Shown: positions 28,180 to 37,029 of the stretch, in pieces | Layout: the number at the start of each line of letters is the position of its first letter | Numbering within the stretch: the stretch's first letter is position 1 | From: Candidatus Micrarchaeota archaeon | GTDB lineage: Archaea; Micrarchaeota; Micrarchaeia; Anstonellales; Anstonellaceae | DNA: 64,000 nucleotides | Assembly (NCBI GenBank): GCA_964581105.1 | Contig: CAZOMB010000001.1 | Span: 79,730-143,729, forward strand | Reading direction: 5' to 3' | The notes under the pieces: generated by a model | What the model was told of the DNA's origin: nothing | Seen by the model: the letters and a program-made list of their open reading frames with translations, nothing else | The model's database searches: none | Position numbers and translations under genes: made by a program

Positions 28180-29886
28180 TTATCTTACCCTTCTTTTTCT
28201 TTGGAGCTTAAAGGCATGCCTTATGATGTCCCACAGGAAAATTAGTGCTACCAAAAAGAGAACCTCATCAAGAAAACCGAATGGGAAAGGCAGCCTGAAG
28301 TATGAGACTGTTTCTGGCACAATTTCTGACATCAGGATAAACAGGGCTGCAATTGCCAAATCCCTAAGTATTATGCTCTTGCTGCTTGCGTTTCTCTTGT
28401 GCCTTGCTATTGAGCTTGAAAGCTTGTCAATGACCGGCCTGATTCCTATGAATATTTCAATTGCAAAGTAGGCAATCAGCAAAAGGCCTAAAACAAGGGT
28501 AGATGCCTTTAGCTGGGCTTCAAGTTCTGCTGAAAGGCCGATAGAGCCTGCTAAAATGCGCAATACAACAAGTATTATTGCTATTATTGCAATTCTCCCT
28601 ATTTTTGGCCTGATATTTCTGCAGCATGAGATTGAAACTTTCCAAAAGCTGCCTGACTGGGAAAAGTCCCTAACAATTCCTGTCAAGTATAATGAAAGAG
28701 AGTTAGCAGCAACCTTTAGCCTGGCCGGCACTTTTTTCTGGCCAAATTCATATAGTGATTCTTGCCTTCCAAGCAAAAGGGACGAGACTATTGCAGTTGC
28801 AACAACTCCGAATGAGCCGACTGCTATGAGAAGTGAAGAATACTCACCAACATATATTGAGGCAATGATAAGCGAGAACTCCCCGAGCACAACCATTGAG
28901 CTTGCACCAAATACCGCGTTTTTGCCTGCAGAGCCTGTGAGGTAAAGAAGAATAAGGACTGAGAAAAAGCAGACAAGCAAAAATGCTGCAACAAGAGTTA
29001 GGGACAATGGAAGATTTGCAAGGACTGCTGACGGGTCTACTCTCATGCCCAAGGAAAGGAAGAAGAAAGCTGCAAACATGAGGAGCAATGGCTTTATTGT
29101 CCTTTCAATTGAACGCGAGTTTGGAAGTGATGATACTATGCTTCCTGCAAGAAATGCGCCAATTACAGGGGAAAGGCCAAATAGCGCAGTTATCATGCTC
29201 ATAATAAGGCATAAGGAAAATGAGACAAAGATTGTGATTTCCTGGTTAAGGGTTGAGGTGAGCTTGTATATTGCATCTGCAACCGGCTTTCTTACAAGCA
29301 TGTAAAATGCGCCTATAAGCCCTAAAGATATCAGGATTGACTGGAACTTGTCGCCATATTCTGCCGTCCCTTCAAGGCTGGAAAAGAAGGTAATTGCCCC
29401 AACTGCCACCAAGTCCTCAACTATGAGCATTGAAATCAAAAGAGGCAGAGTCTTGTGCTTGCCAAACCCTTTTCCCCAAACCACTTTGAAAAGGACTGCT
29501 GTGCTTGTGATTGCAATCATTGCGCCAATGAAAAGCGCTACTGTCAAGTCAAACCCAAAGTAAAGGGCAATTTCATAGCCAAAGAAAAAGAGGAGCCCCA
29601 TTTTGAAAAGGGTTATTAGCACTGCCCTGAAGCCTGATTTTATTATCCTGAAAACTGAAAATTCTATTCCAACTGCAAAAAGAAGAAGTATTGCGCCAAG
29701 CTCAGAAAATGTCATTATCAGCTCATGGTCATCCACAAAGCCAAGCATGTTTGGCCCTGCAAGCATGCCAAATATCAGAAGGCCGACAACATAGGGCTGG
29801 CGCAGCTTTATTGAGAGTATTGTGCCAAGCAGGGCAAATATTATGAAAAAGGAAAACTGGAGAACTGTTGGGGATGTGATATCCAT
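28180..29886 (-). CDS. monovalent cation:proton antiporter (CPA2/Kef-type Na+(K+)/H+ exchanger)
   Basis: ~13 TM helices; N-terminal region ..LGFVDDHELIMTFSELGAILLLFAVGIEFS.. is typical of CPA2 transporters; 568 aa. Confidence 0.65.
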   Translation of the reverse strand: MDITSPTVLQFSFFIIFALLGTILSIKLRQPYVVGLLIFGMLAGPNMLGFVDDHELIMTFSELGAILLLFAVGIEFSVFRIIKSGFRAVLITLFKMGLLFFFGYEIALYFGFDLTVALFIGAMIAITSTAVLFKVVWGKGFGKHKTLPLLISMLIVEDLVAVGAITFFSSLEGTAEYGDKFQSILISLGLIGAFYMLVRKPVADAIYKLTSTLNQEITIFVSFSLCLIMSMITALFGLSPVIGAFLAGSIVSSLPNSRSIERTIKPLLLMFAAFFFLSLGMRVDPSAVLANLPLSLTLVAAFLLVCFFSVLILLYLTGSAGKNAVFGASSMVVLGEFSLIIASIYVGEYSSLLIAVGSFGVVATAIVSSLLLGRQESLYEFGQKKVPARLKVAANSLSLYLTGIVRDFSQSGSFWKVSISCCRNIRPKIGRIAIIAIILVVLRILAGSIGLSAELEAQLKASTLVLGLLLIAYFAIEIFIGIRPVIDKLSSSIARHKRNASSKSIILRDLAIAALFILMSEIVPETVSYFRLPFPFGFLDEVLFLVALIFLWDIIRHAFKLQRKRRVR

Positions 29887-29898
29887 TTTGATTACCTG

Positions 29899-31287
29899 TT
29901 ATTTGAAAAGCCCTGATAAAGATGATAAGGAAACCATCTTCAGGAGCCTGCCTATTGACATTTTCAGGAGCCTTGCCTTGCCATCCTTGCAAAATACAAG
30001 CCATTTTTTCAAAAGCTTTATCATTGCCCTGCGCTTGAAAAGGCTCTTTTTCCTCTTGAGGAGCTTTTTGTAAAGCTGTGCCGGAAGCATGCCCTTTACG
30101 ATTTTCTTTACCCTTTCTTCACTTTCCTCATCAAGCTGGGAAAGCCTGTATATTGTTTCATTCAGCTCTTTTTCAATCTCTTCATATTTCTTTATTAGTT
30201 CCTCTCTTCTTGCTATTATTTCCTTTACTACTGGTGGAGGTATGTTAAGCTCCCTTGCCTGTGCCATTATTTTCTGCTCCTCCTCCTGTGAAACTATGAT
30301 TAGCTGCTGTTCTTTTTGTGCCTGCTGTATTGCCTGCTTCTCAACAGGCAGTGCTGCTTTTTCAGCTTGTTTGGCTTCCTGCTTTACCTTTTCCTCTACA
30401 GCCGTTTTTTCAGCAATTGCCTTTTCCTCTACAGCCGTTTTTTCAGCAATTGCCTTTTCTTCTGCTTTCTTTTGCTCAGTTGCCTGCTTTTGCATGATTT
30501 GCTGCTCTTTTTGAGGCTGCTGTGCCTCAAGGTGCGCAAGCTGCTTCTTTTTCTCCTCTGTTGCAATCCTGTATTGCTCGCTTTCCATTTTTTCTGCTGC
30601 CATCTGAACGCAGTAAATGACAGCAGCATTCTGAGCCTTGCTTTCAAGCCCCATTGCAACAGCCTCTTCAGGGCTTGCTGGAAGCTGTGCCTTTGACTGT
30701 GATTCAAGCATTTCCTTGTCAGTCATGATTTCTGTCTTTGTTGCCTGTGCCTGCGTCTGCTTGAGGTCCTCATTGTAAAAGCTCCACACAGCCTGTGTTG
30801 TTTCCCTCTTTTTCTGCGGCTGGTCAGATACCTGGCTCTGCACGCTCTCAACAACTGTCCGGCTCCTTCCCAGCTGGTCTGCTGCGTTCTTTACCTGCTC
30901 AAGCTTCATGGCATTTTGCACATACTTTATTGCCCTTTCATAGCCCCAGATGAAAGAGGCTGCATAGATTGCATTCTGTGCTCCAGGGGTAAGGGTCGAC
31001 ATAAAGCTTGATATTCCCCCCTTTTTGAACATCTTTTCTGTTTCTGAAAGCACTGCCACTATCTCATCATCTGTCCCAGAAGCAAGCTTATCGCTTGGAA
31101 GGTGAGCCTTGAGAAACTGCTTTATTTTGCCTGCCTTTACCTTGAGAATATAGTCTTTTCTTTCCTCTTCATCCTCGTCATCCCTTTTCTTTGCATAGAG
31201 CTGGAAGGCAAACATCTTGCGCACCTTTGTATTTTTCCCGCTTCGCAGGAAAAAATGCGGAGAATTGTCCTTGCAGACAAAAACCAC
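29899..31287 (-). CDS. hypothetical coiled-coil protein, Glu/Lys/Gln-rich, with an internal perfect tandem repeat
   Basis: Long heptad-like E/K/Q/A-rich central region (..QKQATEQKKAEEKAIAEKTAVEEKAIAEKTAVEEKVKQEAKQAEK..). No catalytic motifs. The true start may be the internal MFAFQLY. Confidence 0.4.
   Translation of the reverse strand: MVFVCKDNSPHFFLRSGKNTKVRKMFAFQLYAKKRDDEDEEERKDYILKVKAGKIKQFLKAHLPSDKLASGTDDEIVAVLSETEKMFKKGGISSFMSTLTPGAQNAIYAASFIWGYERAIKYVQNAMKLEQVKNAADQLGRSRTVVESVQSQVSDQPQKKRETTQAVWSFYNEDLKQTQAQATKTEIMTDKEMLESQSKAQLPASPEEAVAMGLESKAQNAAVIYCVQMAAEKMESEQYRIATEEKKKQLAHLEAQQPQKEQQIMQKQATEQKKAEEKAIAEKTAVEEKAIAEKTAVEEKVKQEAKQAEKAALPVEKQAIQQAQKEQQLIIVSQEEEQKIMAQARELNIPPPVVKEIIARREELIKKYEEIEKELNETIYRLSQLDEESEERVKKIVKGMLPAQLYKKLLKRKKSLFKRRAMIKLLKKWLVFCKDGKARLLKMSIGRLLKMVSLSSLSGLFK
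30388..30453. repeat. perfect 33-nt tandem duplication (2 copies) inside the coiled-coil gene
   Basis: cttttcctctacagccgttttttcagcaattgc at 30388-30420 is repeated exactly at 30421-30453; it encodes AIAEKTAVEEK twice. Confidence 0.8.
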
Positions 31288-31304
31288 ATTTTTCTATCGA
31301 AAAA

Positions 31305-31464
31305 TGCGGAGAGGAGGATTTTTAGGCGAGTGTTTTTTTGGTGAAGCTTTTTAGGCATCCCAAAAAAGGTTCTCGGAACCCCCGTAGTCACTAGGACACA
31401 AGGTCCTAAGCCTTGCGCATTTGACCAGATTGCAGCACCACAAGGGCGACTCTGCCATCTCCGC
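31305..31464 (-). tRNA. tRNA-Leu (anticodon UAG) with two introns: ~20 nt in the D-loop and ~52 nt in the T-loop
   Basis: GCGGAGA-UG-GCA-GAG[UCGCCCUUGUGGUGCUGCAA]UCUGGUCAAA-UGC-G-CAAGG-CUUAGGA-CCUUG-UGUCCUAGUGACUAC-GGGGG-UUC(C)[GAGAACCUUUUUUGGGAUGCCUAAAAAGCUUCACCAAAAAAACACUCGCCUA]AAU-CCUCC-UCUCCGC-A. After removing the 20-nt insert, the D-loop has the same length as the D-loop of tRNA-Leu(GAG) in this window. Confidence 0.6.
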
Positions 31465-31526
31465 AGCAATGATTGTGGCGGGTAAGCGTTAAAAATGCTG
31501 CATCCAAATTGTATTCTGGTGTATTT

Positions 31527-32696
31527 ATGTCAAATGCATGGCTTGCAATCATCTGCTCTCTTCTGCTTTTTGCATACGGCTGCCCGCAGAAAACTGGGCC
31601 TGTTGTTGTGCAGGAGCCTGTTGTCACTGAGCAGGAGCCTGAAGAACCAGAAGAAGCACAGTTGTGTGGCACTGGCAATATCCTGCAAAAGGATGAGTGC
31701 TTTTTTGAGCTTGCAAAAAGCAACTCAAACCCTGAAACTTGCAAGAACATATATTCTCTTGGCACCCTTGATTCATGCTATGCCTTTTTTGCAGACTCTG
31801 ACCTTGAGGTTTGCAAGAAAATCACTGACTCTGAAATGAAAGCATCATGTCTTACTGAAAATGCAAAAAATGAGGAATCAGAAGATATTTGCAAGCTCAT
31901 TGAAGACATAGCGGCCAGGGAAAACTGCTTAAAAGAGGTTTTGCCCCCTTGCATGCTGATTGCAGATGTTGAAGAAAGGCAGCTTTGCCTTGCATATGAG
32001 AACAATGATTATTCGCTCTGCAAGACAGACTGGTGCCTTTTCGAGTATGCGCAAAACATGTCTGAAGAAGATGCCTGTGAAATGATAGCAACGCAGTCTG
32101 AAAGGTTTGCCTGTACAGCAGTTTCAAGAAAAGATGTTTCTGCATGCTTTGATGCATCGCTTTCCCCAATACAGGATGCTTGCATTGAAATTGCATCAAA
32201 AGAGCTTGACAAGCCTGAGGGCTGCGACCTTGCAACAAACGGGAGCGACTACAAGAACAGCTGCTATCTTTATTTTGCAGTTGAAAACCTTGACACTAGC
32301 TTTTGCAAAAAGGCAGCCCCAGAAGAAGAGAGGGACCAGTGCTATTCTGACTACTCAATAAGGACTGCGACTGTTGATGCATGTCCAGATATAATTGAGT
32401 CATTGAACAGGATTGGATGCTACTACCAGTCAGCATTGCAAAACAGGATGCCGTCCCTTTGCAACCCGCTTGAAAACTCTGCCCAAAGGACAGACTGCTA
32501 CTCAAAGGGGACATTCTCAAAAGAAGGGCCTGCGCCGATTGACTGTGCATTTGTTGAAAGCGAGGTTTGGAGGGACAAGTGCTATTACCAGGCAGCAGTG
32601 AAAAACCAGGAAAGCAGCCTGTGCGCATTCATAACTCCTGGCCATGACAAGGATGCCTGCGAATCACTTTTTGGAGGACCTGCAACAACGCACTGA
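31527..32696 (+). CDS. secreted/lipoprotein-like Cys-pair repeat protein (~13 tandem ~20-aa units, each with 2 Cys)
   Basis: Signal peptide plus lipobox-like LLFAYGC, then a Pro/Glu/Val-rich linker. Repeats have the form [DE]xC[YF]xx[AL]....x5-9..C..I (e.g. RDQCYSDYSIRTATVDACPDI, RTDCYSKGTFSKEGPAPIDCAFV). 26 Cys in the mature part. The ORF track starts at 31473; the internal Met at 31527 is preferred. Confidence 0.45.
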   Translation: MSNAWLAIICSLLLFAYGCPQKTGPVVVQEPVVTEQEPEEPEEAQLCGTGNILQKDECFFELAKSNSNPETCKNIYSLGTLDSCYAFFADSDLEVCKKITDSEMKASCLTENAKNEESEDICKLIEDIAARENCLKEVLPPCMLIADVEERQLCLAYENNDYSLCKTDWCLFEYAQNMSEEDACEMIATQSERFACTAVSRKDVSACFDASLSPIQDACIEIASKELDKPEGCDLATNGSDYKNSCYLYFAVENLDTSFCKKAAPEEERDQCYSDYSIRTATVDACPDIIESLNRIGCYYQSALQNRMPSLCNPLENSAQRTDCYSKGTFSKEGPAPIDCAFVESEVWRDKCYYQAAVKNQESSLCAFITPGHDKDACESLFGGPATTH

Positions 32697-32710
32697 AGGG
32701 ATGTGAGTAA

Positions 32711-33658
32711 ATGATTGATATATACTATGAGGAAAAAGGCAAGGTCAAGTCAGCCAAGGCAGGCTCTTTGAAAAGCCTGAAGGGCAAAAAGATGTGGCTG
32801 GACATAACAGGCATGACTGAAAAGGAGAACAAACTGATACAGGAAATATTTGAATTGCACGCCCTGACAGCAGAGGACCTTTTTGACACAAACAACAGCA
32901 GGATAAAGCTTGAAGAGTTCCCAGAATACCTGTTTTGCGTTTTTTATGGAATCCAAAAGGAAAAGACAATAAAACTGAATGAGATTGATTTCATAATAGG
33001 CAAGAATTTCCTCATTACAAACCATAAAAAGGCAGTTGATTCGTTTGAAACACTGAAAAAAAAGACTGAAAAGCTCGACATGCTGTTCTCAAAAGGTCTT
33101 GATTTTGTATTCCACAAGCTTCTTGACCTGGAAATAGACAATTATTACCCGATTTTGGAGATGATTGACGACCAGATTGAGGCAATTGAGGATGAAGTGA
33201 CAAAAAAGGTCAGGCCCGGCTCATTGAGCAGGATACTCAGCCTGAAAAGGAAAATCATATCAATAAAGCGGGTTGTCATTCCGCAGAGGGAAAAGATTTC
33301 TATGCTGACAAAGGGAGACAGGAAGTTCATATCAAAAAAATCTGTCCCCTATTTCAGGGACATTTATGACCATTCGATAAGGGTTGCTGATACTGTTGAC
33401 AATTACAGGGAGGCTGTTGGCAGCACATTTGACGCCTATATGTCTGCTGTTTCAAATAACATGAATGAAGTCATGAAAATATTGAGCATAATTGCAACAA
33501 TCGCCCTGCCGCTTGTTGTGGTTTCAGGCATATATGGAACAAACTTTGACGTTCTGCCAGGAAAGGACCACCCATATGGGTTTTGGATTATGATAGGGTC
33601 AATGCTTGCGCTGGCTGGCTACATGGTTCATATTTCCAGGAAAAAAGGCTGGTTCTAA
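32711..33658 (+). CDS. corA: CorA-family Mg2+/Co2+ transporter (GTN variant of the GMN motif)
   Basis: Two C-terminal TM helices flank YGTNFDVLP (the CorA signature YGMNF with M replaced by T), preceded by a long cytoplasmic alpha/beta plus coiled-coil domain; 315 aa. Confidence 0.7.
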   Translation: MIDIYYEEKGKVKSAKAGSLKSLKGKKMWLDITGMTEKENKLIQEIFELHALTAEDLFDTNNSRIKLEEFPEYLFCVFYGIQKEKTIKLNEIDFIIGKNFLITNHKKAVDSFETLKKKTEKLDMLFSKGLDFVFHKLLDLEIDNYYPILEMIDDQIEAIEDEVTKKVRPGSLSRILSLKRKIISIKRVVIPQREKISMLTKGDRKFISKKSVPYFRDIYDHSIRVADTVDNYREAVGSTFDAYMSAVSNNMNEVMKILSIIATIALPLVVVSGIYGTNFDVLPGKDHPYGFWIMIGSMLALAGYMVHISRKKGWF

Positions 33659-34494
33659 CTCTTGCTTTGCTTTTCAGGCTTGCTCTCTTTTCCTGCTTGG
33701 GGAGGTTTTTCTTCCCCTTCATCAGAAAGCTTCACATCTTTCTTTTCTGGCTTTTGCTCCGGCTTTTTAACTTCTGGCTTTGGCTGCCCTTGTGTTTTCT
33801 CAGGAGGCTTTTGCTCTGGTTTTTTTTCAGCTGGCTTTGCTGCCACTGGCTTTTGTTCTGACTTTTTTCCAGCTGGTTTCTCAGTTTCGTCTTCTGGCTC
33901 CTGCTCTTCCTCAAATTGCGGAAGGGTGGCAGTGAACTCGTCATATGAGGAAATCCTGTTCCTTCCCATCATGTATTCCCTTGCCAAAAGATAGAATATG
34001 AGCGCAAGAGAGCGCCTGCCCTTGTTGTTGCAAGGCACAGCAAGGTCTATGAACATTGTTATGTTGTCAGTGTCGCAAAGGCCTATTGTGGATATTCCCA
34101 TTTTTCCTGCTTCAACTACTGCCTGCCTTTCTCCTTTTGGGTCGCATACAAGAAGAAGTTTTGGCTCTTTGAAGTCATCCCTGTGGACATTTGTCAGTAT
34201 TCCAGGGATAAACCTGCCATAATATGCATTTATTCCAGTCAGCTTGGAAAAGGTTGACGCAGCATTGCCTGAATATGTCCTTGATGCCACTACCAGTATT
34301 TCAGATGACTCGTATTTTGCGAGGATTTTTCCTGCAAGCCTTATTCTTTCGTCTATTTTCCTCAGGTCAAGGACATAAAGACCGTCATTTCTCCTCCTGT
34401 AAATAAAGGGGTCCATGTCAATTACCTTGAGCCTTGTGCCGATGTGTATTCCTGCCTCAAGGTATGTTTCCTGCTTTATCAGAAAGTTTTCCAT
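33655..34494 (-). CDS. rps2: 30S ribosomal protein S2 (uS2) with ~100-aa Lys/Pro/Glu-rich C-terminal extension
   Basis: ILVVASRTYSGNAASTF, GRFIPGILTN, LLLVCDPKGERQAVVEAGKMGISTIGLCDTDN. The start MENFLIKQ is inferred at 34494. The tail reads ..KPAEKKPEQKPPEKTQGQPKPEVKKPEQKPEKK.. Confidence 0.85.
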   Translation of the reverse strand: MENFLIKQETYLEAGIHIGTRLKVIDMDPFIYRRRNDGLYVLDLRKIDERIRLAGKILAKYESSEILVVASRTYSGNAASTFSKLTGINAYYGRFIPGILTNVHRDDFKEPKLLLVCDPKGERQAVVEAGKMGISTIGLCDTDNITMFIDLAVPCNNKGRRSLALIFYLLAREYMMGRNRISSYDEFTATLPQFEEEQEPEDETEKPAGKKSEQKPVAAKPAEKKPEQKPPEKTQGQPKPEVKKPEQKPEKKDVKLSDEGEEKPPQAGKESKPEKQSKS

Positions 34495-34580
34495 GTTTTC
34501 ACCTTTTGGATTCCCGCATGCCCTTGTTGATGGCAACTCTCGGAACAATCCTATTACAATAAAATGGGACCATCGAGATT

Positions 34581-34803
34581 TGAATTCTCGGGCTCGCGTT
34601 GCTCGCCCGTTTAGAGCCTTTCGGCTCCAAATCTGCCCAAGCCCTTAAGGCTTGAGCATTTCGCGCCCATTCAGCGCAGAGCCACTCGAATCGCCGACAC
34701 CCCAAGCCGGAAGGATAGCCAGGTTACCCCATGGCCCCATCAGTATGGTGGGGACAGCAGTGGCAACAGCCACTCAATGGCCCCAGTCTTTTTTTCAGCG
34801 TGG
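34581..34803 (+). ncRNA. candidate signal recognition particle RNA (7S/SRP RNA), compact (~225 nt)
   Basis: Contains CCAAGCCGGAAGGAUAGCCAGG, resembling the conserved SRP helix-8 motif (GGUCCGGAAGGAAGCAGCC). The 5' end UGGGACCAU pairs with the 3' end AUGGCCCCA. There are multiple internal hairpins (CGAGAUUUGAAUUCUCG; CCCCAUCAGUAUGGUGGGG) and a U-run after 34803. No protein-coding signal on either strand. Confidence 0.4.
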
Positions 34804-34839
34804 CTATGTTCAGCAATGAAAGCTTTTTAAGAGAAATGC

Positions 34840-35772
34840 CTAAGCTGCCCTTTTGAAAGTGTTTAAGGGAACAGACTTGCGCGAGGCTTTTTTCTGCAAA
34901 TCTGAAACTTTTGTGTGCTCTTTCTGCAGCATCTCAAGCAGCTTCAGCTTTTCCTTGTCTTGCAGCTGCTGCATCCCGATTCCGCGGGAAACACAGTTTG
35001 CGTATTTTTTTATCATTGCCTGCACTCGCGGAATTTCACCTGCCACTACTGCATAGCTTTTGGTCTGGTCAACCACTGTGAAGGAGATTATCCTGCCTGA
35101 TGGGTCAATAATGAGGAGCGGAAGTTTTCTTGTGTACATCTTGTTGCTCCCCTTTGCCCTGACAACTGAACTTTTCGAGTAAGCCAAGAGCCTTTTCATT
35201 AGCTCAGGAGAATAGAACGCATCAAAATCATATTTCAAGGAGTCCATGCTCTGCACCTTGACAGTGCTGCCAGAGATTTGTATTTCATCTAAGCCAGAGC
35301 TTTCCATTATTTTTCTCTCAACATGGCGGGCACTGTCTTTTCCCCCAAGTATCTTGCTCAGCTCAGATATCGCAGGTTCTGAGCCTGAATTGGTCAGTAT
35401 TTGGTAATTGTTCTTGAATATTTTGCCGTCAGGCTGAAGGACAAGTGAAACCTTGACGCTGCTGCCATGCTCTTTATTGAATCTTTTCAGGTCTTCTGAA
35501 ACCTCTTCATAGGGCACCGGGTTCTGCTTCACATAGTAGCTCGGAATGTCACCGCTTTCAACCCTGCCTTTAAGTTCACCTACTTTCTTCTTAAGCTCCT
35601 GCTTATCCTCAGGGGTGGCATAGCTTTCTTCTGTTGACTCTGTTTTCCCTCTTGTTTTGAATTCGCTCTCAACTTCCTTGTTTGTTTGGTCTCTGTTGAA
35701 AAAAATCGAGTAAATACCTCCGAAGAAAACGGACACAGCAACTACTATAAGCGCATATGGCTTCCATTTCAT
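34840..35772 (-). CDS. hypothetical membrane-anchored protein (N-terminal TM, extracytoplasmic body)
   Basis: Single N-terminal TM helix (YALIVVAVSVFFGGIYSIFF) then a 280-aa soluble domain; no known motif. It occupies the position where rpoK/eno lie in many archaea. Confidence 0.4.
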   Translation of the reverse strand: MKWKPYALIVVAVSVFFGGIYSIFFNRDQTNKEVESEFKTRGKTESTEESYATPEDKQELKKKVGELKGRVESGDIPSYYVKQNPVPYEEVSEDLKRFNKEHGSSVKVSLVLQPDGKIFKNNYQILTNSGSEPAISELSKILGGKDSARHVERKIMESSGLDEIQISGSTVKVQSMDSLKYDFDAFYSPELMKRLLAYSKSSVVRAKGSNKMYTRKLPLLIIDPSGRIISFTVVDQTKSYAVVAGEIPRVQAMIKKYANCVSRGIGMQQLQDKEKLKLLEMLQKEHTKVSDLQKKASRKSVPLNTFKRAA

Positions 35773-35905
35773 AGGGCTGTTTTTATCTTTTTCAGGACTG
35801 CGTGATTTGTAATCCTTCCCATAAGGACCATCTTGATACTTGGAGTTGCCAGACGTATAACCACTTCTTATCTATTAGCAGTAAGAGGAAATAAAAAGCA
35901 GTTGG

Positions 35906-36103
35906 CTATTTTTTCCTGTATTTCGAGATTTTGTCCATTACTTCCACGTGTGAGAGAAACATTCTCCTGCAGCAGTAGCGGTCAATTCCCATTTTTTCAA
36001 GTATTTGCGCAGGGTTTTTTCCTGCCTTTACCTGCATTGCATATTCCTCATAAAGATTGCCTATCACTGCGCCGCATGTAAAGCACCTGATTGGAAAATA
36101 CAT
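35906..36103 (-). CDS. rpoN: DNA-directed RNA polymerase subunit N (RpoN/Rpb10)
   Basis: MYFPIRCFTCGAVIGNLYEEY...DRYCCRRMFLSHVE carries the CxxC...CC zinc motif; 65 aa; sits in the conserved rps9-rpoN position. Confidence 0.85.
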   Translation of the reverse strand: MYFPIRCFTCGAVIGNLYEEYAMQVKAGKNPAQILEKMGIDRYCCRRMFLSHVEVMDKISKYRKK

Positions 36104-36157
36104 AAATGCACCTCTTCTCTAGTTTTCCGTTAACGCTTTTAGGCAACCCAAAAAGGG

Positions 36158-36595
36158 TTATCTATAAGATTTCTGGAACCTTGCGCGTGCTTTTGGCCCT
36201 TTGTATTTTTTGGGCTCAACACGCCTTGAGTCTTCTGCAATCATGAACCTGTCATATTCAAGTATCTTTTTCTTTAAATTGTCATCCTTTGAAAAGCCAA
36301 CCAATGCCCTGGCAATTGCAACCCTTGCTGCCTGTGCCTGGCCCATCTGGCCGCCGCCAATTACATTGACTGAAATATTTACCTGTGATGCTATTTGCGG
36401 GGCCAAATGAAGGGGCTCTGATACAATGTCCCTTACATATTTGTTGTCAATTGCCCCTAATCTCACGCTGTTTATCCTTATTATCCCCTTTCCTTTTGAA
36501 ACTGAGGCCCTTGCAATGCTCTGTTTTCTTTTTCCCCTGTAAATATTGGGGGAAATGAGCTTCTTTTTCTTTGCTTTTCCCTTCTTTTTTGCCAT
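36158..36595 (-). CDS. rps9: 30S ribosomal protein S9 (uS9)
   Basis: C-terminus ..GPKARARFQKSYR and GGGQMGQAQAARVAIARALV. The start MAKKKGKAKKKK is inferred at 36595; the longer ORF-track N-terminus overlaps rpl13. Confidence 0.85.
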   Translation of the reverse strand: MAKKKGKAKKKKLISPNIYRGKRKQSIARASVSKGKGIIRINSVRLGAIDNKYVRDIVSEPLHLAPQIASQVNISVNVIGGGQMGQAQAARVAIARALVGFSKDDNLKKKILEYDRFMIAEDSRRVEPKKYKGPKARARFQKSYR

Positions 36596-36603
36596 AAATG
36601 CAC

Positions 36604-37020
36604 CTATTCTGCCTTGTGGCCAAGCTGGTTGCAAAGCTCTTTTATTGTGAACATGCCATGCTTTGCCTCTGAGCTTGCCTCTGGAATTTTCTTTGGCTTT
36701 CCCTCTTTTGCCTGCCCTGCTGATACCCTGAGCCTTTTGTATGCGTCGCGACCCCTCTGGCTTTTGTATGGGAGCATGCCGCGAACCATTTTCCTGAGGA
36801 AAAGGTGCGGGAGCCTTGGCCATTTTGGCGAGTGCTCAGGGTTTTGCTTATCTGTTTGCAGCCTCCTTTTAAGGTACTTTTGCTTTGCAGCAGTGAGCTT
36901 TCCGAGCATAACTGCCTTTTCTGCATTGACTATTTCAACTTTTTGGCCTGCAAGCAGGAGCTTTGCAACCCTTGCGCTAAGCCTTCCTGCAACAGCCCTG
37001 TCTGCGTCAATAAGAACCAT
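36604..37020 (-). CDS. rpl13: 50S ribosomal protein L13 (uL13)
   Basis: MVLIDADRAVAGRLSARVAKLLLAGQKVEIVNAEKAVMLGK.. matches the archaeal uL13 N-terminus; in conserved gene order. Confidence 0.85.
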   Translation of the reverse strand: MVLIDADRAVAGRLSARVAKLLLAGQKVEIVNAEKAVMLGKLTAAKQKYLKRRLQTDKQNPEHSPKWPRLPHLFLRKMVRGMLPYKSQRGRDAYKRLRVSAGQAKEGKPKKIPEASSEAKHGMFTIKELCNQLGHKAE

Positions 37021-37029
37021 AGTTCCACC

